64,000 nt of DNA, taken from the NCBI GenBank assembly GCA_045805285.1, contig JBJMLN010000135.1, forward strand, positions 5,656 to 69,655, read 5' to 3'. Source of the stretch: Actinomycetota bacterium. Its GTDB lineage: Bacteria > Actinomycetota > UBA4738 > JBJMLN01. The notes beneath the pieces were generated by a model, which searched no databases, was not told the DNA's origin, and saw only the letters and a list, made by a program, of their open reading frames with translations. The translations under genes were made by a program, and so were the position numbers. Positions 34,388 through 43,829 of this stretch are shown piece after piece. Within the stretch, counting starts at the first letter, position 1; every line of letters begins with the position of its first letter.

Positions 34388-35482
34388 ATGTTCCCCGAGC
34401 TCGACACGCCGGCGCTGTTGATCGACCTCGAGGTGATGGAGGCGAACATCACCGAGATGGCGAAGGTCGCGAGCGACGCCGGCGTGCGCCTGCGACCGCA
34501 CACGAAGACGCACAAGTGTCCGGAGATCGCGCAGCTGCAGATCGACGCCGGCGCGACGGGCATCACGGTCGCGAAGGTCGGCGAGGCGGAGGTGATGGCC
34601 GACGCGGGCCAGACGGACCTCCTCGTCGCCTATCCGATCGTGGGGGAGCAGAAGCTTCGCCGGCTGCGCGCGGTGTGCGAGGCGGCGTCGGTTCGTTTGA
34701 GCCTCGACTCCGTCGAGGTCGCGGAGGGGATCGGAGCCGTCGGCCGGGACGTCGGCCGTGACATCCCCGTCCTCGTGGAGGTCGACACCGGCCTGCACCG
34801 GCTCGGCCGTCCGCCGGGCGAAGCGACGGTCGAGCTTGTGGAAGACGTCGCTCGGATCGACGGCGTCGAGGTGATCGGTCTGCTCACCCACGCCGGTCAC
34901 GCGTATCGCTCCACGTCGGTGGAGGAGCTCCGCCTGGCCGCGGAGCGGGAGGTCCTCGACCTCGTGGAGACGGCCGAGGCCTGCGCGCGGAGCGGCATCG
35001 AGCTTCAGGAGATCAGCGCGGGCTCCACGCCGACCGCGCGCGTCGCGGCGACGGTCGCGGGGGCGGCGGAGATCCGCCCCGGCACGTACGTCTTCAACGA
35101 CGTGCAGCAGCTGCGGCTCGGCGTCGCGACGGAGGAGACCTGCGCCGCACGGGTGCTCGTGACGGTCGTCGCCCGCCCGTCCGCGGAGCGCTTCGTCGTC
35201 GACGGCGGGACGAAGACGTTCACTTCCGACGGCGGCGACGGCCCCCCGTTCCCGGGGCGCGGCGTCGTGCTCGGCCGCCCGGATCTCGTTCTCGACTTCA
35301 TGAACGAGGAGCACGGCGTAGGCCACATCGAGGGCGACGGAGACCTCGCGATCGGCGACCGGCTCCAGGTCGTTCCGCTGCACGCGTGCGCCACCGTCAA
35401 CATGTTCGACGTCGCGGTCGGCGTCCGCGACGACGCCGTTGAGCGAGAGCTCGCGATCGCCGGACGCGGGAAGATCCGATGA
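34388..35482 (+). CDS. Alanine-racemase-fold PLP enzyme of the D-serine deaminase / D-threonine aldolase-like (DSD1) family.
   Basis: LLIDLEVMEANI, RPHTKTHKCPEIA (PLP lysine) and the C-terminal EEHG domain. Confidence 0.7.
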   Translation: MFPELDTPALLIDLEVMEANITEMAKVASDAGVRLRPHTKTHKCPEIAQLQIDAGATGITVAKVGEAEVMADAGQTDLLVAYPIVGEQKLRRLRAVCEAASVRLSLDSVEVAEGIGAVGRDVGRDIPVLVEVDTGLHRLGRPPGEATVELVEDVARIDGVEVIGLLTHAGHAYRSTSVEELRLAAEREVLDLVETAEACARSGIELQEISAGSTPTARVAATVAGAAEIRPGTYVFNDVQQLRLGVATEETCAARVLVTVVARPSAERFVVDGGTKTFTSDGGDGPPFPGRGVVLGRPDLVLDFMNEEHGVGHIEGDGDLAIGDRLQVVPLHACATVNMFDVAVGVRDDAVERELAIAGRGKIR

Positions 35483-35492
35483 AGGGTCCCCG

Positions 35493-36245
35493 ATGACGTC
35501 CGGCATCCGCGACAAGGGCGTCCTGATCTCCGGTGGCACGAGCGGCATCGGCCTCGCGACCGCGCGTCGCTTCCTGGAGGAGGGAGCCCGCGTGTTCCTC
35601 TCCGGCGTGACCGAGGAGGAGGTGGAGAAGGCGCTCGCCGACCTCGACGGCGCGGTCGACGGCATGGCTGCCGACGTCGCCGACGAGCGGGCGGTCGCGC
35701 AGCTCCTCGATCGCGCGGAAGAGTTCCTCGGCCGCGTGGACGTCCTGATCAACAACGCGGGCATCGCGCGCAAGTCGGCGTTCCTCGACACCGCCATCGA
35801 GGATTGGGATCACACGATCGCCGTGAACCTCCGCGGGATGTTCCTCGTCGCGCAGGCCGCTGCTCGCGCGATGGTCGCCGATGGCCGCGGAGGCGCCATC
35901 GTGAACATGGCCTCGACGAACGCGCTCGGCGGCGAAGAGGAGTTCGCGGGCTACAACGCCTCCAAGGGCGGGGTGCTCCAGCTCACCCGAACGATGGCCG
36001 TGGAGCTGGGGCCGATGGGCGTCCGCGTGAACTGCGTGTGCCCGGGGTTCATCGACACGCCGCTCAATCGGGCGCTCGCGACCGAGGAGGAGTTCCAGGT
36101 CTACGAGCAGGAGCGGATCCCGCTTCGGCGCCGCGGCCGTCCCGAGGAGGTCGCGAGCGCGTATCTGTTCCTGGCGTCCGACGACGCCTCGTTCGTCCAC
36201 GGCGCGGCGCTGGTCGTCGACGGCGGACAGACGGCGGTCATGTGA
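35493..36245 (+). CDS. SDR-family oxidoreductase.
   Basis: SGGTSGIGLA, NNAG, YNASKGG. Confidence 0.85.
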   Translation: MTSGIRDKGVLISGGTSGIGLATARRFLEEGARVFLSGVTEEEVEKALADLDGAVDGMAADVADERAVAQLLDRAEEFLGRVDVLINNAGIARKSAFLDTAIEDWDHTIAVNLRGMFLVAQAAARAMVADGRGGAIVNMASTNALGGEEEFAGYNASKGGVLQLTRTMAVELGPMGVRVNCVCPGFIDTPLNRALATEEEFQVYEQERIPLRRRGRPEEVASAYLFLASDDASFVHGAALVVDGGQTAVM

Positions 36246-36288
36246 TGGCCGGTCACGCGATCGGGGGGCGAGTGAGGGGAGCCGCCAC

Positions 36289-37290
36289 GTGAAGGCGTTG
36301 GTCTATCTCGGTCCAGGGCGGATGGAGCTCCAGGACCTCGCAGAGCCCGAGCCGGGTCCGAACGAGGCGCGCGTGCGCGTCTCCACGGCGGCGATCTGCG
36401 GCTCGGATCTCCACGGTTTCCGAGAGGCGAGCCCGCGGAGGATCCCGCCGCTCGTGATGGGCCATGAGGTCGTCGGAACGGTGGAGGCCGTCGGGAGCTC
36501 CGTCGACCCGGGCCTCGAGGGAACACGCGTCGTCGTCATGCCGGTCGTCTCGGACGGCACCTGCGCGCGGTGTCTCGAGGGCCGTCCGAACCTGTGCCCG
36601 CAAAGGCAGCTGATGGGGATGAACTTTCCCGGCGGCTTCGCGGAGTCGTACACGATCGGCGCGTCGCAGCTCCTTCCGGTGCCGCCCGGTCTCGAGGACG
36701 AGGAGGGCTCGCTCACCGAGCCGTTCGCGAACTCGATCCACTCCGTGGAGCGAGCGGTGCGGGAGGGCGACGACGTGCTCGTGATCGGAGCGGGCCCGAT
36801 CGGTCTCCTCGCCATCCGCGCGGCGGTTCTGAAAGGCGCCGGCCGCGTGTTCGCGGTCGACACCGTGAAGGACCGGCTGGAGCTCGCGCGGGAACAGGGA
36901 GGCATCCCGATCGATGCGTCGGAAGCCGCCGCGACGCTCGAGGAGGCCACGAGCGGCGCCGGCGTCGACGCCGTGATCGACGCTGCGGGCTATCCGTCGA
37001 CGTGGGAGCTCGGTCTTCGAGCGGTGCGGTGGGGCGGACGGATCGACGTGATCGGACTCGGCGCCGTCGAGGGCCCGGTCAGCTACCACGCCGTCGTCTC
37101 CAAGGGCGCCACCGTCGTCGGCTCCTACGCGTGCGTCCGGAGTGATTTCGACCGCGCGCTGGAGCTCCTAGCGGACGGCTCCGCCGACGTCTCCGGCTGG
37201 ATCACGAGGATGCCGCTCGCCGACGGGCAGGCGGCCTTCGAAGGCCTCGTGGAGAACCCGAGGTTCACGAAGGTGGTGCTGGTGCCGTGA
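36289..37290 (+). CDS. Zinc-dependent medium-chain alcohol dehydrogenase (threonine/sorbitol dehydrogenase-like).
   Basis: ICGSDLHGF, GHEVVGTV, and the GAGPIGLLA Rossmann motif. Confidence 0.85.
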   Translation: MKALVYLGPGRMELQDLAEPEPGPNEARVRVSTAAICGSDLHGFREASPRRIPPLVMGHEVVGTVEAVGSSVDPGLEGTRVVVMPVVSDGTCARCLEGRPNLCPQRQLMGMNFPGGFAESYTIGASQLLPVPPGLEDEEGSLTEPFANSIHSVERAVREGDDVLVIGAGPIGLLAIRAAVLKGAGRVFAVDTVKDRLELAREQGGIPIDASEAAATLEEATSGAGVDAVIDAAGYPSTWELGLRAVRWGGRIDVIGLGAVEGPVSYHAVVSKGATVVGSYACVRSDFDRALELLADGSADVSGWITRMPLADGQAAFEGLVENPRFTKVVLVP

Positions 37291-38108
37291 AGCTCGCGAG
37301 CTGCGACGACGGGTTCGGTCGCGTGGAGGGCAGCACGTTCATCCCCATGGGCCCGGACCTGCTGAGTTACCTCCGGACGGGTGTTTCCGAGGACGCCGAG
37401 GCGCGACTCCTCCGCGACGTGGAGCTCCACGCTCCGATCGCCCGTCCCGGGAAGGTGGTCTGCGTCGGCCTGAACTACCGCGACCACGCGGAGGAGTCCG
37501 GCCAGCCCATCCCGGAGGAGCCGATCCTGTTCCCGAAATTCGCGAACAGCGTCGTCGGTCCGAACGCGGAGATCGAGATCCCGCCGGTCGTGGAGCAGTG
37601 CGACTACGAGGCGGAGCTTCTCGTCGTGATGGGGCGCCGGGCCACTCGCGTGAGTGAAGAGCGGGCGCTCGAGCACGTCGCGGGCTACACGTGCGCGAAC
37701 GACGTCTCGGCGCGCGACCTGCAGTTCCGTTCGCCCCAGTGGATGCTCGGCAAGGCGATCGACACGTTCCTGCCGATCGGGCCGTGGATCGTGACGCCGG
37801 ATGAGCTTGCCGATCCGCAGGACCTCGGGATCCGCTGCGTCGTGGACGGCGAGACGCTGCAGGACTCCTCGACCAAGCAGATGATCTTCGGCGTCGCGGA
37901 GCTGATCGCGTTCATCACGCGGACGCTCACGCTCGAGCCGGGCGACGTCATCGCGACGGGAACCCCGCCCGGCGTCGGCATGGCCCGCAAGCCGCCTCGA
38001 TGGCTCCGGGACGGCGACGAGGTGACCGTGGAGATCGAGCGCATCGGCGCGCTCACGAACCGGGTGCGGGCTCTCGAAGCCCCTGCCCGAGAGGGAGGTT
38101 CGGGATGA
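37287..38108 (+). CDS. Fumarylacetoacetate hydrolase (FAH) family protein.
   Basis: KVVCVGLNYRDHAEE and YEAELLVVMG motifs. Confidence 0.8.
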   Translation: MKLASCDDGFGRVEGSTFIPMGPDLLSYLRTGVSEDAEARLLRDVELHAPIARPGKVVCVGLNYRDHAEESGQPIPEEPILFPKFANSVVGPNAEIEIPPVVEQCDYEAELLVVMGRRATRVSEERALEHVAGYTCANDVSARDLQFRSPQWMLGKAIDTFLPIGPWIVTPDELADPQDLGIRCVVDGETLQDSSTKQMIFGVAELIAFITRTLTLEPGDVIATGTPPGVGMARKPPRWLRDGDEVTVEIERIGALTNRVRALEAPAREGGSG

Positions 38109-39436
38109 GACGGTTGAGGCTCGTGTTGCCGGTGGCGGTGCTCCTGATCGCGGTCGCGTGCACCGGAGGCTCCGACAACGGCGGAAGCACCGGCGGATCG
38201 ACGTCGGGGAGCGCGTCCGGCGGCCAGGTGGAGCTCACGATGTGGATGGGCTACACGCCCCCGCCGCCGGCCAGCCAGTCCTACGAGTACAACTCCATCA
38301 AGCGGATGGTGGACGACTTCGAGAAGCAGAACCCGAACATCTCCATCAACCTCCAGTACGTGAACAGCGACTACGCCCTCCAGAAGGTGACGGTCGCCCT
38401 CCAAGGCGACAAGGCGCCCGACCTGTCCTACCAGTACGGAACGAACATGCCGCAGCTGGCGCAGACGCCGAAGGTCGTCGACCTGACCCAGAAGGTGCAG
38501 GACCCGGGCTTCAACTGGAGCGACTTCTTCGAAGGGGAGCGCACCGCGGCGACGATCGACGGGAAGGTCCTCGGCGTTCCGGCGCTCGTCGACAACCTCT
38601 GCGTCGTCTACAACAAGGACCTGTTCCAGAAGGCTGGCGTTCCGACGCCGACCCCCGACTGGACCTGGGACGACTTCCGAAGCGCTGCGAAGGCCGTCAC
38701 CGACCCCGCGAACAAGGTCTTCGGCCTCGCGTTCCCCGCGGACGCGAGCGAGACCATGGTGTGGCAGTACGAGGCGATGCTGTGGGAGGCGGGTGGCGAC
38801 ATCCTGAACGCCGACAACACGCAGGCGGTGTTCAACTCCGACGCGGGCGTCCGTGCGCTCACGATGCTCAAGGACATCAAGGACGACGGCTCGATGCATC
38901 TTGACTTCCATCCGGACGCCGGCGTGAGCGAGAACCTGTTCAACGCCGGCAAGATCGGCATGATCATCACCGGGCCGTGGGACCTGTCCGCGTTCCCGGA
39001 CGCCAACTACGGCGTGCAGGTCATGCCGTCGTTCGACCCGGGTGGCAGCCATGCCTCGATCGCGGGGCCGGACAACTGGGTGATCTTCGACAACGGCCCC
39101 GAGCGCGTGGACGCGGCGTGGAAGTTCCTGACGTTCATGTCGTCGCCGGACCAGGTGCTGCAGGACTCTCTGGACACCGGCCACCTTCCGACGCGGGCGT
39201 CCGTCGAGAAGATGCCCGAGTTCAAGCAGTTCGACCAGAAGTATCCGGGAGAGGGGACGTTCGCCTCGAACCTCGAGAACGTCACGAAGGCGAGGCCGCA
39301 GATCCCGCAGTACCCGCAGGTTTCCTCGGCGCTCGGTCAGGCGCTCTCGAAGGTGCTGACCTCGGACGCGGATCCGAAGCAGGCGCTCGACGAGGCCGCG
39401 CAGACGGCGAACGGCAAGCTGGCGATCCCGGCCTAG
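38105..39436 (+). CDS. ABC sugar transporter substrate-binding lipoprotein.
   Basis: MRRLRLVLPVAVLLIAVACTGG lipobox. Family-1 SBP layout. Confidence 0.8.
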   Translation: MRRLRLVLPVAVLLIAVACTGGSDNGGSTGGSTSGSASGGQVELTMWMGYTPPPPASQSYEYNSIKRMVDDFEKQNPNISINLQYVNSDYALQKVTVALQGDKAPDLSYQYGTNMPQLAQTPKVVDLTQKVQDPGFNWSDFFEGERTAATIDGKVLGVPALVDNLCVVYNKDLFQKAGVPTPTPDWTWDDFRSAAKAVTDPANKVFGLAFPADASETMVWQYEAMLWEAGGDILNADNTQAVFNSDAGVRALTMLKDIKDDGSMHLDFHPDAGVSENLFNAGKIGMIITGPWDLSAFPDANYGVQVMPSFDPGGSHASIAGPDNWVIFDNGPERVDAAWKFLTFMSSPDQVLQDSLDTGHLPTRASVEKMPEFKQFDQKYPGEGTFASNLENVTKARPQIPQYPQVSSALGQALSKVLTSDADPKQALDEAAQTANGKLAIPA

Positions 39437-39460
39437 AAGCGGAACGAGAGGGGAGACGGC

Positions 39461-40351
39461 GTGGCGAGCGTCCGGAAAGCGCTCCAGTCCGACCACGCGG
39501 CCGGCTGGGCGTTCGCGTTCCCCGCCGTCTTCCTGATCGTCCTGTTCGGGGTCGTGCCGATCATCTGGTCGGCGGTGATCTCGTTCCAGCGCACGAACCT
39601 GCTGTCGCCGCCGGAGTGGATCGGCTTCGGGAACTACAAGGCGCTCGCGAAGGACCCGCTGTTCAAGCAGTCGGTCGTCCACAGCGTGATCTACACGGCC
39701 CTGTTCGTGCCGATCTCCATCACGGGAGGACTGCTCGCCGCGGTCGCGCTGAACCGGAAGGTGCGCGGCATCCGCTGGTACCGGACGGCGGTGTTCGTGC
39801 CGGTCGTCGTCTCCACGATCGCGACCGTGATCATCTTCCTGTGGCTGTTCGATCCGACGTACGGGATCGCGAGCTGGGTCCTCACCAAGCTCGGATTCGG
39901 TCCGGTCGGGTTCCTGGAGAGTTCGAACGGGGCGCTCTACTCGATCGTCGGGCTTACGGTCTGGGGGTGGATCGGCTTCGACGTCATCATCTATCTGGCT
40001 GCGCTGCAAGGGATCCCACACGAACTCGTGGAGGCTGCCGAGATAGACGGGGCGGGAACGTGGGGGATCTTCCGCAACATCACCGTTCCGCTCCTCGGGC
40101 CGGTGACGCTGTTCCTCGTGATCTGGTCGTCGATCAACGCGCTGCAGCTGTTCGACGAGGTCTACCTGGCGACCAACGGCGGGCCCGGGACGTCGACGTA
40201 CGTCATCGTCTTCTACCTGTACGACCTCGCGTTTCGGCAGGGTGTCGCGGGGTACGCCGCCGCGATCGCGTACGTGTTGTTCATCGCGATCCTCGTCCTC
40301 ACGTCGGTGCAGCTGCTCGCCGGCAAGCGATTGGTGCATTACTCCTCATGA
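39461..40351 (+). CDS. ABC sugar permease (MalF/UgpA-like).
   Basis: Six transmembrane segments and the AAEIDGAGTWGIFRNITVPL EAA motif. Confidence 0.85.
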   Translation: MASVRKALQSDHAAGWAFAFPAVFLIVLFGVVPIIWSAVISFQRTNLLSPPEWIGFGNYKALAKDPLFKQSVVHSVIYTALFVPISITGGLLAAVALNRKVRGIRWYRTAVFVPVVVSTIATVIIFLWLFDPTYGIASWVLTKLGFGPVGFLESSNGALYSIVGLTVWGWIGFDVIIYLAALQGIPHELVEAAEIDGAGTWGIFRNITVPLLGPVTLFLVIWSSINALQLFDEVYLATNGGPGTSTYVIVFYLYDLAFRQGVAGYAAAIAYVLFIAILVLTSVQLLAGKRLVHYSS

Positions 40352-41244
40352 GCCGCTCCACGGTCTCCGTCGAGGAAACGCCCGCCGCCGCGGCCCCAGC
40401 GGAGGAGTACGAGGAGCCGAAGCCGCGGCATCGCTTCCTGTTCAGCGGGTGGCACCTCGTCCTGATCCCGATCGCGCTCGTGATGATCCTCCCGCTCCTC
40501 TGGATGGTCGTGACCTCGCTGGAGACGCTGAACGAGACGCGGACGTTCCCGCCGGTGCTATTCCCGCACTCCGCGCAGGTCGGGAACTACTCCGAGGTGC
40601 TCCGCCAGGTTCCGTTCGCGCGGTGGTTCACGAACACGCTGATCGTGACCAGCCTGTCGGTGATCGGGAACCTCGTGTTCTGCTCGCTGGCAGGCTACGC
40701 GTTCGCCCGGATCAAGTTCTTCGGCCGCGACGTGATCTTCCTCATCGTGCTCGCGACGCTGATGATCCCGTTCCAGGTCGTGATCATCCCGACGTTCCTG
40801 ATCGTGAAGGACCTGGGTCTGATCGACACGCTCGGCGCGCTCGTCGTTCCGAACCTCGCCGGGGCGTTCGGCATCTTCATGCTCCGCCAGTTCTTCAAGA
40901 CGCTCCCCGTCGAGCTTGAGGAGGCCGCCCGCATCGATGGTGCCTCGCGTCTGGGAGTCCTGGTCAAGATCGTGCTGCCGCTCTCGGGCCCCGCGCTCGC
41001 GACGCTCGCCGTCATCACGTTCATGTGGACGTGGAACGACTTCCTGTGGCCGCTCGTGGTGATCTTCAGCCCGCAGAACTACACGCTTCAGCTCGGGCTC
41101 GCGACGTTCCAGGGCGCGCATGCGTCGAACACGAATCTCTTGATGGCGGCCAATGTCATGAGCCTGGTGCCGGTGCTCGTGCTGTTCTTCGTGGCGCAGC
41201 GGTACTTCATCCGCGGCATCGCGACGACAGGGCTGAAGGGTTGA
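40348..41244 (+). CDS. ABC sugar permease (MalG/UgpE-like).
   Basis: EAARIDGASRLGVLVKIVLPLSGPA EAA motif. ATGA overlap with the upstream permease. Confidence 0.85.
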   Translation: MSRSTVSVEETPAAAAPAEEYEEPKPRHRFLFSGWHLVLIPIALVMILPLLWMVVTSLETLNETRTFPPVLFPHSAQVGNYSEVLRQVPFARWFTNTLIVTSLSVIGNLVFCSLAGYAFARIKFFGRDVIFLIVLATLMIPFQVVIIPTFLIVKDLGLIDTLGALVVPNLAGAFGIFMLRQFFKTLPVELEEAARIDGASRLGVLVKIVLPLSGPALATLAVITFMWTWNDFLWPLVVIFSPQNYTLQLGLATFQGAHASNTNLLMAANVMSLVPVLVLFFVAQRYFIRGIATTGLKG

Positions 41245-41248
41245 TCGC

Positions 41249-42364
41249 ATGGCGCTCGTGAGGCTGGAGCACGTCACGAAGCGGTTCTCCTCCGACGCGG
41301 TGGCTCTCGACGACCTCTCACTGGAGGTACAGGACGGGGAGTTCCTGATCCTCGTCGGCCCCTCCGGCTGCGGAAAGACGACGGCGCTCCGGATCGTCGC
41401 GGGACTCGAGAAGCCGACGTCGGGGAGGATCTCGATCGGCGAGCGCGTCGTGAATGACGTCTCTCCGCGGGACCGCGACATCGCGATGGTGTTCCAGAAC
41501 TACGCGCTCTATCCGCACATGACGGTGTATCGAAACCTCGCGTTCGGCCTCAAGGAGCGCCGCACGCCGAAGCAGGAGATCGACCGCCGCGTCCGCGAGG
41601 TGAGCTCGATCCTGGGCCTGGACGCGTTGTTGAAGCGGCGGCCGGCGCAGCTCTCCGGTGGGCAGCGGCAGCGGGTCGCGATGGGCCGCGCGCTGGTGCG
41701 CGAGCCGAAGGCGTTCCTGATGGACGAACCGCTCTCGAATCTCGACGCGAAGCTCCGCGTGCAGATGCGGGCGGAGCTGAAGCGGATCCACCATCGTCTC
41801 GGCATCACCACGATCTACGTGACGCACGACCAGGTGGAGGCGATGACGCTCGGCGACCGCATCGTCGTGATGTCGGCGGGGGAGGTCCAGCAGATCGGAC
41901 GACCGCAGGAGGTCTACCGGCAGCCGGCGAACGTGTTCGTCGCCGGGTTCATCGGGTCGCCCCCGATGAATCTCCTGCGCGGGTCGGCGCGCGACGGCGA
42001 GGTGCAGGCGGGGGATCTCCGCTTCTCGCGGAACGGCGTTCCCGACGGCGACGTCGTCGTGGGCGTCCGGCCCGAGGCGCTCACCATGGCGAACGACGGG
42101 CTTGCCTCCTTCGACTTCACCGTCGACGTCGTCGAGCCGCTCGGAGACGAAGCGGTGATCCACGGCACGACCGCGGGATCCGTCGTGGAGAGCGGCGCCG
42201 AGGAGATGGACGAGCTCCCGCTCCTCGCCGCAGGTTCCCGCGCGCCGGTCGTGGCGCGTTTCCAGCCCGAGGATGAGCCGGCGCCGGGCGACACGCTCCG
42301 GCTCGGTCTCCCTGCCGAGCGGATCATGCTGTTCGACGCGCGGAGCGGGGCCGCGATCTCGTGA
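41249..42364 (+). CDS. ABC sugar ATP-binding protein (MalK/MsiK-like).
   Basis: GPSGCGKTT, LSGGQRQRVAMGRAL, FLMDEPLSNLD. Confidence 0.9.
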   Translation: MALVRLEHVTKRFSSDAVALDDLSLEVQDGEFLILVGPSGCGKTTALRIVAGLEKPTSGRISIGERVVNDVSPRDRDIAMVFQNYALYPHMTVYRNLAFGLKERRTPKQEIDRRVREVSSILGLDALLKRRPAQLSGGQRQRVAMGRALVREPKAFLMDEPLSNLDAKLRVQMRAELKRIHHRLGITTIYVTHDQVEAMTLGDRIVVMSAGEVQQIGRPQEVYRQPANVFVAGFIGSPPMNLLRGSARDGEVQAGDLRFSRNGVPDGDVVVGVRPEALTMANDGLASFDFTVDVVEPLGDEAVIHGTTAGSVVESGAEEMDELPLLAAGSRAPVVARFQPEDEPAPGDTLRLGLPAERIMLFDARSGAAIS

Positions 42365-43695
42365 TGCTCGAGAAGCCACGGATCGTGGTCGTCGGTGCGG
42401 GCGGCTGGGTGTTTCCGATGGAGCTGACGCGGGACATCCTCTCGTTCCCGGCGCTCGCGTCCTCGACGCTCGTCTACTACGACATCGACATCGCAGCGTC
42501 GGAGCGAACGGCGGCGTCGGCGCGCGAGTTGATCGGGGTGGCCGGCGCCGACATGGCGCTGGAGATCGCTCCGACTCTCGCGGAGGCTTTGGCCGGTGCC
42601 GACTTCGTCATCACGGTGTTCCAGGTCGGCGGCCTCGAGGCGTACGCGATCGACGTGGAGATCCCGCGCGAGTACGGCGTCGACCAGACGGTCGGGGACA
42701 CGCTGGGGCCGGGCGGGTGCTTCCGGGGGTTGCGGAGCGTCGCGGCGCTCCGCGAGGTCGCGGAGACGATGCTGGAGATCTGTCCGGACGCGCTGCTGTT
42801 GAACTACGCGAACCCGATGTCGGTGAACTGCTGGGCGACGGATCTCCTCGGCGTCCGGGTCGTCGGGCTCTGTCACAGCGTGCAGGGAACCTCGGAACTG
42901 CTGGCGCACGAGCTCGGCGTTCCGTACGAGGACGTCACGTTCGACTGCGCGGGGGTGAACCACACAGCGTGGTTCACGACGTTCCGTCGCGGAGACGAGG
43001 ACCTGATCCCGCGGATCCGCGAGGTGATGAAGGCGCGGTACATCGACGGGACGATGCCGCTCCTGCCGCGCTCGGACGATCCGTACGAGAGCGTGGAGAA
43101 GGTGCGCACCGCGTTGATGCTGCTCACCGGCTATTTCCACACGGAGTCGAGCCATCACGCGAGCGAGTACTGGGCATGGTTCCGCAAGACGCCGGAGCTC
43201 GTGCACAAGTACCTCGACCGGGAGTGGAACTACCTCGAAGTCTCGCGGTCGACCGACGCGAGGGGCTGGAACTCCTCACTGGTGGAGGCGGCGCGACGCG
43301 AGGGAGTGCGCCACGGCGGAGAGTTCGCCGCGCCGATCATGGACAGCGTCATCACCGGTGTTCCGCGCGTGGTCTACGGCAACGTGAGGAACGATGGCCT
43401 GATCGAGAACCTCCCGTTCGACGCGTGCGTGGAGGTGGCGTGCGCGGTGGATCGCAACGGCGCGCGGCCGGTGCGGTACGGGTCGTTGCCATCGGCGTGC
43501 GCGGCGCTGAACGACGTGCAGATCAACGTGCAGCGGCTGACGGTCGAGGCGGCGATGGAGGGCGACCGGTCGCTCGTGCGTGCGGCGGTCGCGCTGGATC
43601 CGCTGACGAGCGCGGTCTGCACGCTGCCTCAGATCTCCGAGATGGTCGAGCGGATGCTGGAGGCGGAGGCGCAGTGGCTTCCGCAGTTTTCATAG
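42361..43695 (+). CDS. Glycoside hydrolase family 4 (NAD+/Mn2+-dependent alpha-glucosidase / alpha-galactosidase).
   Basis: PRIVVVGAGG..., LLNYANPMSVNCWAT, and the GLCHSV catalytic Cys-His region. Confidence 0.85.
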   Translation: MMLEKPRIVVVGAGGWVFPMELTRDILSFPALASSTLVYYDIDIAASERTAASARELIGVAGADMALEIAPTLAEALAGADFVITVFQVGGLEAYAIDVEIPREYGVDQTVGDTLGPGGCFRGLRSVAALREVAETMLEICPDALLLNYANPMSVNCWATDLLGVRVVGLCHSVQGTSELLAHELGVPYEDVTFDCAGVNHTAWFTTFRRGDEDLIPRIREVMKARYIDGTMPLLPRSDDPYESVEKVRTALMLLTGYFHTESSHHASEYWAWFRKTPELVHKYLDREWNYLEVSRSTDARGWNSSLVEAARREGVRHGGEFAAPIMDSVITGVPRVVYGNVRNDGLIENLPFDACVEVACAVDRNGARPVRYGSLPSACAALNDVQINVQRLTVEAAMEGDRSLVRAAVALDPLTSAVCTLPQISEMVERMLEAEAQWLPQFS

Positions 43696-43758
43696 CGAGC
43701 CGCTCCGTAGCTGCGCGGCGTGCCTGCGTGCCGTGCCGCGCCTGCGTGCCACGCCGGA

Positions 43759-43803
43759 GCACTGTCCACTATTTGGACTCGCGTTTCACATGTTGGACAG
43801 TCC
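43759..43803. repeat. Inverted pair of a ~17-bp motif (gcACTGTCCACTATTTGgac ... tCACATGTTGGACAGTcc) in the convergent intergenic region between the GH4 and SIS genes.
   Basis: Seen directly. One arm matches 16 of 17 positions of the motif copy at 47140-47158. Confidence 0.5.
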
Positions 43804-43829
43804 GCCGGCTGACCACCGGTGGCCGCGGG

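Noticed and set aside
43696-43760. GC-rich direct repeats (cctgcgtgcc x3) after the GH4 gene as a distinct repeat family.
   Set aside because: They are short and degenerate, and do not recur elsewhere in the window by eye. They are probably just simple-sequence slippage adjacent to the genuine 17-bp motif.
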